Assembly (NCBI GenBank): GCA_028534125.1
Contig: CM052837.1
Coordinates: 24,614,001-24,678,000, forward strand
Length of the DNA stretch: 64,000 nucleotides
Reading direction: 5' to 3'
DNA from: Lama glama
Taxonomy: Eukaryota
A program made the translations under genes and the position numbers. The notes under the pieces are model-generated. The model was not told where the DNA came from. It did not search any database and worked only from the letters and a program-made list of their open reading frames with translations. Positions 49,680 to 62,078 of the stretch are shown one piece after another. Within the stretch, counting starts at the first letter, position 1, and each line of letters starts with the position of its first letter.

Positions 49680-49910
49680 TGATATGATCACAAAGCACTT
49701 GGTCTCTCCTATCCTGCATTGCATGCATTCTCTCCTTCTCTACACACAAAATCCTTACTAGGTTAACATTATCATACCCACTTTACAGATGAGAAAATGG
49801 ACATATAGAAAGGAGAGGTACCTTGCTCAAGATCACAAGGCAGTCATCTATCAACCAGGAAACAAATCCTTGTTTGCTGATACCAGTGATCAGCATTTGT
49901 ATTACCCCAC
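49680..49910 (-). mobile_element. MIR
   Basis: attatcatacccactttacagatgagaaaatgg...ccttgctcaagatcaca. Confidence 0.8.
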
Positions 49911-50624
49911 ATGGCCTCTTTGATCTAAAACAAAATGATTAAGAGAACTATATCTGATATTTGGAGTCCTGCATACTACCTGCACAGTGCCTCCTGCCAA
50001 AGAGGCCCAAACCCAATGGGTTTCATGAACACAAGCAACCAGATGTAGGCCTTATTCCCTCATATTCCAAAAAGGACTCTGGGTTGGAGTTAATTACAGA
50101 TAAATTATGACATGTATCTCTTTATCTTAAAACAGTATTTCCTAAACATGGGAATACTAAATCAAAAGATATGAAGATTCTCAAAGGCTTATAATATATT
50201 TTTTCTAAACTTTCCTTGAAAAAGTGTATGAGGTTACATGTCTATGAACATGGTATACAAATAACCATTCAGTCACACCTTTGCCACCACCAGGGATTAC
50301 AGTTTTGACAGAGAATACTCTGTCAAACTAACAAGAGAAATCAGGAGAAAATGTTAGAGTCCATATCCTACCATAATATAATCTGAACATGCCCATTCAA
50401 ATTTTCAAGTACAGCATGTCAGCACTAGACAACTGGTTCAGTTTAGCCCTCTTTTGGGAAAGGGAACAAGTGGCTGTGGTTAAATAATTAGGAAACACCC
50501 AAAACAAACACAAAACTATAGAAGAGAATTCAAAGACCAATTCAGACCCTAGGTCAAAGACCAATCCAGATGCCACGTTCCAAATTCAAAATGCCAGACA
50601 GACTAACAGAGAGAATGGAGAACC

Positions 50625-50840
50625 CTAGTTAACACTTACTAAAAGTCTATTCAGTGCCACAGTCTTTACTTGTATTCTGAATTAGCCCTGAGAACAAACT
50701 TCTGCAGAACTACATTTACCTTTATTTTATAAACGGGGAAAAAAGGTTCATAAACACCAGCAAAATCAACTAGCTATTAAACCCAAAGCTCAAATTAGAA
50801 TCCAGACTCACCTTCCCCCAATTTCTTGATTCTTTCCCAC
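50625..50840 (-). mobile_element. MIR, degraded
   Basis: gttaacacttactaaaagtctattcagtgcc...ttagaatccagactc. Confidence 0.5.
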
Positions 50841-50849
50841 TGTTTTTAT

Positions 50850-52050
50850 TTTAGTGCTTTATTTTTACATCATGTTTTAGGTTCTCAGACTTTAAAAGAA
50901 ATACTTGTTAAAATTACAGTAAATATAAAAAAAGAGTTTGGAAGTCCATTTAAAGAAGAAATTAAGAATTGCCCATAACCAACCACTCAAAGGCAAGAAT
51001 TGCCTGTACTTTGATTCATTTTCTCCCATTCATTTTTATGTGTTTATATACAATTTAAACAAAATTAGTAATAGGTTGCATGTGAAGATTATTTATGCTT
51101 TAAAAATGTAAAGGAATGCTTTAAACTTTTGTACTTTGCTGAAAATTTTTTCCCTGGGGTCTATAAAACATCAATTTGTTTTTCTATTTTACTATTTTTT
51201 GTGGGGCTTTTGTTGTTTTTAAATCAATAAGTCATCTAGAACTAGTATTAGTGTGAGGCTTTTCACATGGCATCCAACAGTACTTGAAACTATCATTTTT
51301 TTACATCTACAGATAATTCCATTACATGAAAGCCACATAATTATTTTAGCTATCTTCTGTTATTGGGCATTTAAATTTGTTTTCTTCATTTTTTTCTATC
51401 CCATATAATGTTCTGATAAAAATTATTTTATATTATCTTTTATGTACATCTCTATTTCTCTAAAATAATAAATTCCTGGGAATGGAATTATAAATCCAAA
51501 GGGTATGCATATTTTAAGACTCTCAAACCATATATCAAATTGCCCTCCAGAAAGATTGCAGAAACTTACACTCTTGACAACCATATCATCTCATCCTCAT
51601 CCATAATACTGCTTAAATTGTTGTCAATGAAAATAGAGAAAAATGGTACCTTTATTCTGTATTAATTTATATTCAGTAACTACAAGTGAAACTGATTTTT
51701 TTTCAGATTTTTATTGACTGTGGCAATTTTTCTTACATTAAGTGTCTAGTCACATCCTTTTCTTCTTTTTCTACCAAGACACCAATTTTTTGTTGTTGAT
51801 TATTGATGTTCTTTATATACTAAAGATATTTGACCATTATGAATCATATACATTGTAACTATTTTCCCAAGGTTTTTGTCTTTTAATTTTTTTGTCATTG
51901 TATTGTTACTTAAAAATGTTTATGACTTTTATGTAACCAAATCAATCATCCTTTCCCCTCATAGTTTGTTTCTTGGCTTTTACATTTGGAAAGCTCTTGC
52001 TCCTCTTGAGATCAGATAAATATTCACCTATAGTTTCTTGAACTCTTGCC
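50850..52050 (-). mobile_element. Ancient L1ME-type fragment
   Basis: T-rich plus strand; aattcctgggaatggaatt...caaagggtatgcatatttt...aaattgccctccagaaagattg. Confidence 0.75.
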
Positions 52051-52600
52051 TTTTCCACAGCACTGTGCTAGTTCTTATTTCATATGGGTGAAATCTCAAA
52101 CAAGCATAGAAAAACAAGTAAAAATATCCTTCTGGTAAAAAAGGGAACAAGAAAACCCACCTGAAAACACACATTCGCTGGCAGAGCAATCATGGATAGT
52201 TCTGCCTTCTTTGTGGTCTCAGGGACGACAACCACAGGGAGCAGCAAACACCCTGGAGAAGCTCCCTTACCCCAGATCTGTAGTCTGGGCCTGGGGGAGG
52301 CGGGTAGCCTAATGCTGTGATCCCCTCAGGGAGTATAAAACTCCACTCTGGTGTGGAAGCAGGTAGTTTCTGTCTCCAAATCTCAAACCAGCCAAATATT
52401 CCCAGAACATCTGCTCTGTGCACAGCCCCAAATCTCCACCAGAGAACCCACGGAGCACACAGGTATGCCTAGAGGGGTCCTTCTGACATTCTAGGAACTG
52501 GGGAACAAGCAGGTATGCCTGGAGGGGACTTCCTGAGAGAAAGCAATTAAAATTCACATCACAAAAGGAATGAGGCTTTTTTTTTTATTCTCAACTGCAA

Positions 52601-52768
52601 NNNNNNNNNNNNNNNNNNNNNNNNNNNNNNNNNNNNNNNNNNNNNNNNNNNNNNNNNNNNNNNNNNNNNNNNNNNNNNNNNNNNNNNNNNNNNNNNNNNN
52701 NNNNNNNNNNNNNNNNNNNNNNNNNNNNNNNNNNNNNNNNNNNNNNNNNNNNNNNNNNNNNNNNNNNN
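52601..52768. other. Assembly gap (168 N)
   Basis: Run of N. Confidence 1.
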
Positions 52769-52809
52769 GGTGCAAAGCCTGGGAGGATGGGACCCGAAAG
52801 AACTGAGTC

Positions 52810-52950
52810 TTGGGGACTGAGAGTCTAGAGAGCTGGGTGCAGTCACAGGTCTGACCCCAGCTCACTCTGTGACTTTGGGCAAGATCTTTTCTCCCATCTG
52901 TGCTGCCAGGAGACTAGATGAGCCCTCTGGGCTCTGACATTGTGGGTCTG
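52810..52950 (+). mobile_element. MIR3/MIRc-like fragment
   Basis: ctgtgactttgggcaagatc...gactagatga...ctctgacattgtgggtctg. Confidence 0.6.
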
Positions 52951-53174
52951 AATTCTACAGCTTATTTTAACATCGAGTTGTTCTATATGTTGCATCTGCA
53001 ATTTCACAGGAGCCATCGATGTGTTAAATGCTTTCTCATATTCAAACAAGAAGACAAATTCTTCAGCAGCTTCCTCTAAATGATGACAAATTTACCGTCT
53101 AAACTACAGCCTGTAATGGGTGAATTACGGGGAAAGAGAGCATGATGGACCAGGGTTCAAATTTCAGTTCTGGA

Positions 53175-53697
53175 CCCAGATGATCTCAGTGCTATCCTGG
53201 ATTTGACTAAACTTCATACCAGTTTCTTCCTGACTACAGGCCTCTCATTTCCCTTTTCTCAGAGAATTTACTTTAGAAAACTTTTAATTGTAAATTCTTT
53301 CACTGCCTCTGAAATGCATGGAAAGCTTCTCCAGTCTCTTACCAGTTTTACAACCCAAGAAACAAAATGTCTTTCTCACGGACCTGGGAACTATCTCCTT
53401 GAATTATAAGCATCCGAGGAGATAAGCCCCTATCTCCCAGTCTCTGTGGGAAAATAGGTGCCTAACTTGCTCCAAGTCATAAAACTATCTCCTGTCATGA
53501 AAAGATGAGAAAGTTTTCTTTTCCTTTGGTAAGACCAATTAGTAAACACAGACAGCCTAACAATTCTCCCATTTCAGCCCATTAAAATTCTCCAGGCCTT
53601 CTTTTCAGTGGAGTTGAGTTCAGTCTCTCTCCTCTGTTGCAATAGTCTTGGATAATCTCATGCATGACTGTTTAACTTTGTCCAGTGCAATTTACAC
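53175..53697 (+). mobile_element. ERV1 solo LTR (MER67-like), apparently nested in a MIR
   Basis: atttactttagaaaactt...aatgtctttctcacggacctggga...cccctatctcccagtctctgtggga...ggagttgagttcagtctctctc...gcaatagtcttg. Confidence 0.8.
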
Positions 53698-53865
53698 TTA
53701 GTTCCAGCTGTGCGAATGTACCTCCTTCAACTCCCCTGAACCTCAGAGTCTCTATCCCTAAATGACAAACTATAAAGAAGCTCCTTATTTTATTCATGAA
53801 TGAAATCTACAAGGAATGAATCAAATCGTGCATGCAAATGCCTGTCATAAAGCTGAGTGGTAAAC

Positions 53866-54318
53866 TGTTAGCAAAATCTACCTCCCTGTAAGAACCACAC
53901 CCTTGGGTCATCCCTTCCCATAATGACTGTAGTTATGGCCATGTGAATTGTTTTGGCCGGTAAGACATCGGCAAACATGCTACAAACAGAGGCCTTTAAA
54001 AGTACCTCTGCCTGGGCTTGCCTTCTGGTTACACGTGGAACTCTGAAACCATCATAAGCATGAACTAGAGCTAACCTGCTGGAGAATGAGAATCCGCAAG
54101 GAGGAAGACCACGACACTCCAGATGGTAGCCTCCCAAACACCTGAGATGTGAGGGGGGGCACTTCAGACATGTGAGAGAGCTCAGCAGAGACCAAACAAG
54201 CAGTTCACAGCAACCACCTACCTAACCCACAGACTCATAAGCCAAATATAATAGCTCTTGTTTTAAAGCACTATATTGGGGGTTCATTTGTTACACAGCA
54301 AAAAAACTAACTGATATT
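53866..54318 (+). mobile_element. MaLR LTR (MLT1H-like)
   Basis: ggccatgtgaattgttttggcc...cctgctggagaatgaga...ttgttacacagcaa...ctaactgata. Confidence 0.75.
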
Positions 54319-54689
54319 ATCAGGTGCTAAATTTGCATTTATTCACTTCTTTCCTCCTTTTATTATGGATGGCTTTTAGGGGTGGTTAGGAGGGCTGAGC
54401 ATAAAAAAAAATAGTCACCAACCTAGTCAGACAGGGCAGTGCTGTCTGCAGCTCGTGTTCTTACCAGCCTCCTCCAGTCCCAGAGGTCAGAATTAGACTC
54501 ACAGGAAGAAGATGTCCAGTCAGGGAGATGTCACGAAGGCCCTCAACTCTTCTGTAGGGAGATGTGGATTTCTGAGCAACCTTATCTAGCACCAACAGTA
54601 TGTTGGTTTCCCGCCTTTGGCACAAACAGCCTGGTAAAGGAACACTTTGTCATTGCAGAACTGAAAGATTTTCTTAGACTGACCCAGAG

Positions 54690-55160
54690 ATTAGCATCAA
54701 GATATTCATATTACCTCAGCATCAGTATGGAGCAGGCACTGGGCTCAGTGATGGAAAGACAGCAGTAACTCAGAAGTCATCCACCTGTCCTCACAGAGCT
54801 CCAGTCTGCTGTGGGAGGTAGACCATAAAGGAGGAAACGAGTGAGCAGTATGACCATATCAGGTGACAAAAGTTACAAAAGAAACAAGCACTTGGAAAAA
54901 AGTGGGCCAGGGGCCATGAGCACCTACTTGACCAGGATGGTCAGGGAAGACCTTTCTGAGGAGGTGAGATCTGAAACAAGATCAAAGGGTGTGAAGAAGC
55001 CAGTCTTCACAAAACAAAAACAAAAGACAAAAAAGAAAGAACTTCAGGCAAAGAGAACTGTGCAAAGGTCCTGAGGCAGCAAGGATCCTTTAAGAAGTCA
55101 GAAGGCAGCCAGTGTAGATAGAGCCCAGTAAGCAAGAGGAAGTGTGTTGGGAGATGAGGC
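54690..55160 (-). mobile_element. L2 3' portion
   Basis: cctgtcctcacagagctccagtct...ggtcagggaagacctttctgaggaggtgagatctg...tgcaaaggtcctgaggc. Confidence 0.85.
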
Positions 55161-55329
55161 TACATCACTGTATATATATAGAACTACGTACTGTCTCCCC
55201 TGCTGGGTTTCACCAGCATCAACAACCTCCATCCCTTCATCCTCTCACACCTGTCCTCTAAGGACATGCTCCAAGTTGTCATCATTGCTCTGAGTTGTGC
55301 AGTACAGAGGTCAAGAGACGCAATGACCA

Positions 55330-55500
55330 GGGGTACTATTTCCTCTATGCTAGGCACTCTGTGGATTGACTTTCTAACTTCCCATCACCCAGGCGGTAGA
55401 TACAATCATTACCCCCATATACTGCAGTGGGGCTGGGTGACCTGCCCATGGTCATGCACCCACTAGGGGTCAGCACAGAGCTACCAACACCTGGGATCTG
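55330..55500 (-). mobile_element. MIR
   Basis: ctatgctaggcactctg...ggtagatacaatcattaccccc...gtgacctgcccatggtca. Confidence 0.65.
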
Positions 55501-56149
55501 GGCCTAACTTGTTTCCCTAGGCCCAGACCCCAGGCTGTCTCTGGTGGCTCCTTGGTGTTGATGTCACTTAACCCCGGGGGCTTTGTCTCCTCTGTGCTTG
55601 CTAATTTCAAGCTCTCCGGTCCTCCGCATACAGTGTTGGTCATTACACAGAGCCCAGAAGGAAGCCTGAAAACACTTCCCTCTTATGTTTCACTGGGTTA
55701 AATTCAGGCCACTTTGTGGCCTGTTGTAGCCACACTGGCTACCAAACACTCTGGAATCTCAGGGTTCGAAACAAGAAGGTCAAGTTGAGAAGGAAGATTG
55801 CCACTACCTGAATGAGTTTCCTCTGCCCTCAACATTCTATTCACATCATCCTGCTGTTTAATCCCCTAGTCAACACCAGAAGGCTGAGCAATTGCCCGAG
55901 GTCACAAACTACACAGGGCAGGGACACCATGAGTCCAGGCACTCAGCAAGGTGACGCCCCCTGCAGGCTGCCAAGCCCACTGTCAGAGAGACTTCCCCAA
56001 GCTGTGCACTCTGATCTCCCTTGACCCCCTTACCCCATTCATACCCTCTGAGAACTCCACTTGGATCTCAGTCCCTAGGCCTGGCTCTCTCTGGGCAGGT
56101 CAGTGACAACCACAGGGGCTCTGTTTGCAGGAAAGCAGCAAGTTCACTC

Positions 56150-56350
56150 ATAACAACATACATGCAAATAAAGACCCCTGTACTCACCCACACCATATGC
56201 ATGTGTGTTAAAAGATGTGCATTTATCTACATATGCAGAAGCTCTCAGCTCCCCACATACAAGCAGGTATGTTCACATATGCATGCACACGTGTGCACAA
56301 GTGTGGATGTATGTGCAAGTGCCCAGGCACATACATGCACACACATACCC
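56150..56350. repeat. Degenerate (CA/TA/TG) low-complexity tract
   Basis: catatgcatgtgtg...catatgcatgcacacgtgtgcac. Confidence 0.7.
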
Positions 56351-56694
56351 TCAATTCACCAAAAAAAAATGACTACTCAAATGCCACAAAAGTCACCCAG
56401 AAGCCAAGCGAAGACTGGAATTGACAGACCATGCAAAGAGACAGAAAAAGCCCTGAACACACTAGAGAAAAGGCCCCGACTATTGTCTATCACACAGAAG
56501 CTTGTAAAAAGACCACATTATCCCTGACACAAATACAGCTCTCCTCCTTCTGTAGAAGGATTTCAATAAAGATAAGAGCTTTCTCATTATTCTCATGCGG
56601 AACAAAAACAACTTCCCATTCCAAAATCAGCACACCGGAATAAAACATCTTTAGTTAACGCTGCAGTGCCCCACCACCACCCCATGACACCAAG

Positions 56695-56900
56695 CTCACT
56701 CAGCAGTCATCCAACATGTTTTCTTGAGCACCTACTATGTGTTTTCATGCACATTAGTTCTCACAATCACTTCCCAGGTAGGTATCATTCCCTTTATTCA
56801 TAGTTTGAGAGAGAAGTAAATAGGCTCAGAGAAGTTCTTTAACTTGACTTAGTCTAATGGGAGAAGAACCTAGGCTTGTGTAACACCAAAGCCCATTCAC
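56695..56900 (-). mobile_element. MIR/L2 tail fragment
   Basis: ttgagcacctactatgtg...aggtaggtatcatt...ggctcagagaagtt. Confidence 0.7.
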
Positions 56901-57229
56901 CTTGTGTAACACCGAGCACAAGCAGTAAGAGTTCAAGAAAGACTCAAGACCTAAAAAGTGTCAACAGTTAAAGGAGTGAACATAACAAGGCGGGCAGAGC
57001 CAGTGAAGGCCAATGGGAGGCTGGTGAGATGGGTTAGGAAGCCTTGGGAGGCCAGCTGGGTGGAAAAGAGGACAGAGGGCAATTCAGGAAGCAGGAAGGA
57101 AGGACATGCAAACGTGAAGGTCAAGGAATATATTCCAATTGGAAGCCAGAACAGGATGGATCTTGAAAGAATGAAATCAAAGTTGATATTGGGAGTTAGA
57201 GACTTGAAGAGCAGACTGAAGAGCCTGGA

Positions 57230-57700
57230 CAGTCATGCATCCAACATTTTTATAGCTCAACCCCGCCCTGGATGCCAGGCTCTGTTCTAGAAAACGGGGA
57301 CACAGCAGCAAACAGAACAGAAGAGAACCAAGATGCCTCCTGTGGTGGGCCTTACCTTTTTGTGGCAGGGGCAGGGGAGATCAAGAACAATAAATATGAA
57401 TTCTTTTAAAGTAAATCATATAAAAGGGAGGTGGTGAAGACTCTGGGGAAGAACAGGTGCAGATCAGGGTAAGGAATGGCATCACTGTAAACAGCACGGT
57501 CAGGCTTGGCCTCATCGAGAAGGTGGCACTGAGCAAAGGAGATGTGAGGGGAAGCCCTGCAGATCTCTGGGGGAAGGATGTAACTAACCAGAACAGCCAG
57601 TACCAGAGCCCCAAGGCAGGGTGTATTTCCTGCACAAGGAACAGCTAAGTGGCCAGTGTGGCTGAAGCCAAGTGAGTAAGGAAAAATGGAGGAAGCACAA
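57230..57700 (-). mobile_element. L2 3' portion
   Basis: tgccaggctctgttctag...ggcctcatcgagaaggtggcactgagcaaag...gatctctgggggaagga...ggccagtgtggctgaag. Confidence 0.85.
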
Positions 57701-58389
57701 GGTCTAAATTTACTCCTGTGAACCACAGGTGCCTGGAAAGGCGAGACAGTCAAGAAATAAAATTAGCACAATGGTGTAGAAAGGCTGAGCTTACTGGTGA
57801 TTCTTTCATTCATCTGTAGAGAGCATACATTCTATCAACCGAGCAGCAAGAAAAAAGTACATTAATGATACTCAACTAATACTTGACATTAATATGAAGA
57901 TCTGACACCATCTGAAATTAGTATTTCATTGGATGCAGGCTCCCCTCCTGAGGCCACAGGAGATGAGAGGACCCTCATGCCAGGGTTCCTTATCTTAGAA
58001 ATATTTCCAGGGAGCCATTGGCTGTGAGGGTACAGACCTGGGGGTCTTTCCAGCTCCTCTGTGCTTCACTAAGGTGTACCCATTGTCCTCAGAGCCAGTC
58101 AGCTTCCTGGGACTTCACCTGTCTGTTTCAGGACAATGATCAGCATCTGATGAAAAGGAACCAGAACATTCGGGTATTTCCACTCCACCTGAGCTCATCC
58201 TGGGTCATCGGTTCCCCTCTGTGGCAGCCCCTTGAATCCAGTCCCAGAACCCAGCTTAACAGCAGTTCGAGGCAGTTTCTGAATCAGGACCTGCCTAGCC
58301 CTGAGGCTCCTACACGGTCAGATGAGATTAGACTCCCAGCTCAGAGATGATTCAGGGGATTATGATTAGGCAAACAACAGCACACAATT

Positions 58390-58580
58390 ATCAGTTCCAC
58401 CATTTACCACTCATGAAGGTAAGTGGTTTACATGGGTTTATCTCATCTGAGGCCCTGAGATGCCTAGCGATAGACAGCATTGATACCCGTTTTGCAGATG
58501 AAAAACTAAAGCACAGATAATAAGCAGCCTGCAATGGAGGACTGCGCAGATACCTGGCTATGCTTGAGCCTTGGAGAGAG
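58390..58580 (-). mobile_element. MIR
   Basis: acccgttttgcagatgaaaaactaaagcacag. Confidence 0.7.
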
Positions 58581-59309
58581 GGCTGTACAACAGGGACTTC
58601 TGTGGGAACCAGGGGCTGGGGACAGACCCTCCTCTACAAGAAGAACCCATTCACTCTCTGTAGCATCTAAGACACAGCTGTGTTGGAGGCCATGCCCCTG
58701 TATCAGACTAGACGAGGTGGGAATGATCCCCCAATGACACCTCAGCTTCAGCATCACCAGCACCCACATGGTCCTCGGGCCACAAGAGGTCACAGAGCCC
58801 AGAGGTGCAGGTGGGGCAGCCACCACCTGTCACCCGGACCACTGCATGAAGGGGTGGCCCATAGGGCTGCTCTCTCAGGGACAGAATCTCGGGTGGGAGA
58901 GACATACGAGGATTCCCTCCATGACTTCAGTCTAGTCCAGGGTTCCCAGCTCCCTCCGGTGCCACCAGCAGCTCTGCCTTACATCAAACAGGGACAGAGA
59001 GGTTCATGATGGTCAATGAAATTATATGCTCCATGCAGCAGGGAAGCACACATTCACAAAGACCAGCAGAGCCATTGACTTTTTATTAGATGCTTCTTCC
59101 AGGCAATAAACCAGGAGAGACAGTGGCTGCAAGGAATAGGAGCCCCTGGTCAGAACCTGTGATCAGATCAATCACTGAAGCAGAGATGAACATAGAATCT
59201 TGGCATGGATGCCAACGGTCAACTGGCAGGACATGTTAGGAATGAGGGCAACCCTCTGACAAGGTAACCATTTCCCTAGTGACCTGGGATTGCCAACACC
59301 AGCGACCAT

Positions 59310-59670
59310 CACGATAATGGGATAGTAACAGCTATCACGTATTAAGCACCTACCGCATCTAAGCACTTTATGTACCTTATCTGTAATCCTTACAACATCT
59401 AATAAACAGTAAGTCCACATCTATCATGTGCCATAGATCTCAGGACATCATCACCCAGAGTCTGGCACATAGTTGGTACCCAAGGAGCCACTGTGTCAGT
59501 GAATTAGTGAATGAATGGGTTGGTGCCATGAGATGGCTATTATCATGCCCCTTTTACAGAATAGAAAACTTAGGTCTATGTATTTGCTCAAAATCACATG
59601 GGTAGTATTGAGTAGAGCTGGGTTTGAACCTTCAATTGTCTGATTCCCAGTCCAAGACCCTTTTCACATT
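59310..59670 (-). mobile_element. MIR interrupted by an L2 3' end (+, ~59420-59520)
   Basis: taagcactttatgtaccttatctgtaatccttacaac [gtctggcacatag...tgaatgaatgg] ccttttacaga...gctcaaaatcaca...gagctgggtttgaacc. Confidence 0.75.
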
Positions 59671-60558
59671 AAACTACACCTTTAAATAGGGTGCACGTGG
59701 GTGCAAGCACAATGAGACTTCCTCCACTGTGCATGCTATGACATGATTCTTCATGAAAATACTGAGACCAGAAAACATCTGTGGGCAGCAAGAGATGAGA
59801 AAACTTGACCTTTCTGTGGTTTGGGAGGATGAACCAGGGGTATCAACTTAGTCACTCGTCAGAGTCCTCAGGGCACACCTCGGCCACTGGCTAGTGTCCT
59901 ACTGAGTCTGCAGGTGACCTAGGAGGCTGATTTCCCTAGTGAGGCTGTGATAGTTTTTATTACACAAAACCCCACTGCCTCCTACAAATCAACTCAAATT
60001 CTTACCACTTGTATTTTTTATTCACAAACCCTCGGTTTTACTTCCCCAGCCACGCCTTCCCTCCCTCCCTCCCTCCATGAATTCCTTAACAGCAGAAGAG
60101 TACACAGATTTCTACATTTTGTGATTTTCCTCTGACTCTTCATTTACCTTCTTTCAGTATCTTTTCAATTGGGAAAGTTTGTGATGAAAAACTGATGGTG
60201 AGGGGTGAACTTGAAATCACTGAGTATTTAGAAGTCAAGGAGAGAAGCACAGGAAAACTTCAAACCACAGGTCGCATAACAGCACAAGCTCTCAGGGGGC
60301 AGGTGAAAGCACAGATGCAGCAGAAGTCCCAGCACAAAGGGGCAGAAGGAGGAAGCACTCAGATACTTGGGTATTAGAGACTGGTTACTATAGGTTATGA
60401 CAGAAGCTAAAAATGTACCCAAGTATCATGGTAACTATGCACCAAACATCTATCCCCTGCTCAAGCCATCACTTTTTCAAAGAGATCTTTAAAAATAACA
60501 TGCACTTTTAAAGACATTTTAATAGTTTAAAAAAAGAATGGTTGTGAATGATTTAGAA

Positions 60559-60672
60559 CAGGGATTAGCCAACTATGGCCTGCCACCTGTTTTTGTAAAT
60601 AGTTTTATTGGAAAAATTTGTGGGGAAAATATTTCCCAGCCAGCCCTTTATAGAAATGTTTGTCAACCCCTG
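60559..60672. mobile_element. MER58A, internally deleted
   Basis: cagggattagccaactatggcc...cctgtttttgtaaatagttttattggaa...gtttgtcaacccctg. Confidence 0.8.
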
Positions 60673-61609
60673 ATTGAGGTATTTCACTGAGGTTTTGTTC
60701 AGTATATTTATAACATTGGTATTTATGAAGATGTTAAATGGTAAGTGACTGATGGCAAAATCATCCGGTACATGGGATTTTGGTTTATTTTGTCTAAGGA
60801 GCACAAAATGATTCATTTTTTAAAACATGGATACTTACACACAAATGCACCCAAATCAGTAAGAGAGCTGTGGTGTGACTCGAAGCCACAGTAAACCTGA
60901 AGCCCTAGGAACTTCTGCAACATCTCTGGACACCACCTCCCATCAAAGAGCATGTTCAACAGGACAGCTAAAACGATAAATCTTGGGGGGAAAAGGGGAA
61001 ATGGCAATCCGAGTTGTCTTTTTAAACAAATGCACAGTAAAATGAGGAATGACTTTGAAAGCGAAGACTGTCACCGCAGTAGAACTCCAGGTCAAAGTCT
61101 TATTCCCCTTCACGGAGGGAATAAAATGGTAGCACAAAGTTCAAAATCCACATAAGGAGAACTAATGCTTGACCCACCTTAATGAAATGGGGATCCTGTA
61201 GATTATTTAGCAGCTATTATTTCCCAACTGCAAGACAACTGTGTGAAGTGAGCAGTACTGATCAGAGGGGTATCTGTTACATAGAAGGGAAAGGAATGAA
61301 GATTATCAAGCAAGAATAAAGGTCATTAAATTTCTGAATTCAAGGGTGGAAGAAAAGCTTTACAGGTCAGGTAAATCTCACGGAGAGGAACAAATCCAGG
61401 AGAGAAGGCAGGTAGAAATCTGAAATGGTCTGCATTTTTTAACTATAAAAATGAGGGAGGCTGAAAACAGAGTGGGAATTTGACCAAGAAGAGCTAAAGG
61501 TCTTAGTTAACCTTTCTATTGTAAAAATCCACTGTCAGCGGGCTGGAAAAGAGGCTCCTTTCACATGCTAATGAAATAATCACACAGGCCAGCCAGCCCC
61601 GATCTAGTT

Positions 61610-61795
61610 CAGAGGTCTGCAAACTTTGTGTGTGAAGCACTAGATAGTGGATGCTCGCGTCTGCAGGACACATGGTATCTATTACAATGACCTCCACCGT
61701 TGTTGATGTGCAGAAACAGCCGTAGACAATACATAAGTGAACGAGCATGGTTATGTTTCAATAAAATCTTACTTACTCAAAAAAAAAAAAGGCTG
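61610..61795. mobile_element. MER58A, partial
   Basis: cagaggtctgcaaacttt...cagccgtagacaatacataagtgaacgagcatgg...caataaaa. Confidence 0.8.
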
Positions 61796-61819
61796 TCTAA
61801 AATATTGGATGAGTCGACT

Positions 61820-62078
61820 TACACATACTAAAGAGGCAAACTCACAGAGACAGAAAGCAGAATGGTTGTCCCAGGAGCTACAGATGGGGAGACATGGGGA
61901 GTCATTGTTTAATGGGTACAGAGTTTCTCTGGGAATGATGAAAAAGTTCCAGAAATGGATAGTGATGATGGTTGCACAATACTGCAAATGTACTTAATGC
62001 CGCAAAATTATATATTCTAAAATGGTTAAAATGGTAAATTTTATGTTATGCATATTTTACTGCAATTTAAAAAAAACA
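61820..62078 (+). mobile_element. L1MB-type 3' end
   Basis: gagacagaaagcagaatgg...tgtttaatgggtacagagtttc...atggttgcacaa...aaatggttaaaatggtaaattttatgttatg. Confidence 0.9.

Noticed and set aside
52554-52865. ORFs spanning the second N gap
   Set aside because: Same gap artefact
56021-56527. 168-aa ORF rich in H/T/C/V
   Set aside because: Composition comes from the CA/TG low-complexity tract
56875-56913. 13-bp direct repeat CTTGTGTAACACC; similar two-copy repeats at ~13212-13240 and ~39371-39426
   Set aside because: Only two copies each, consistent with slippage; no CRISPR-like repeat-spacer structure
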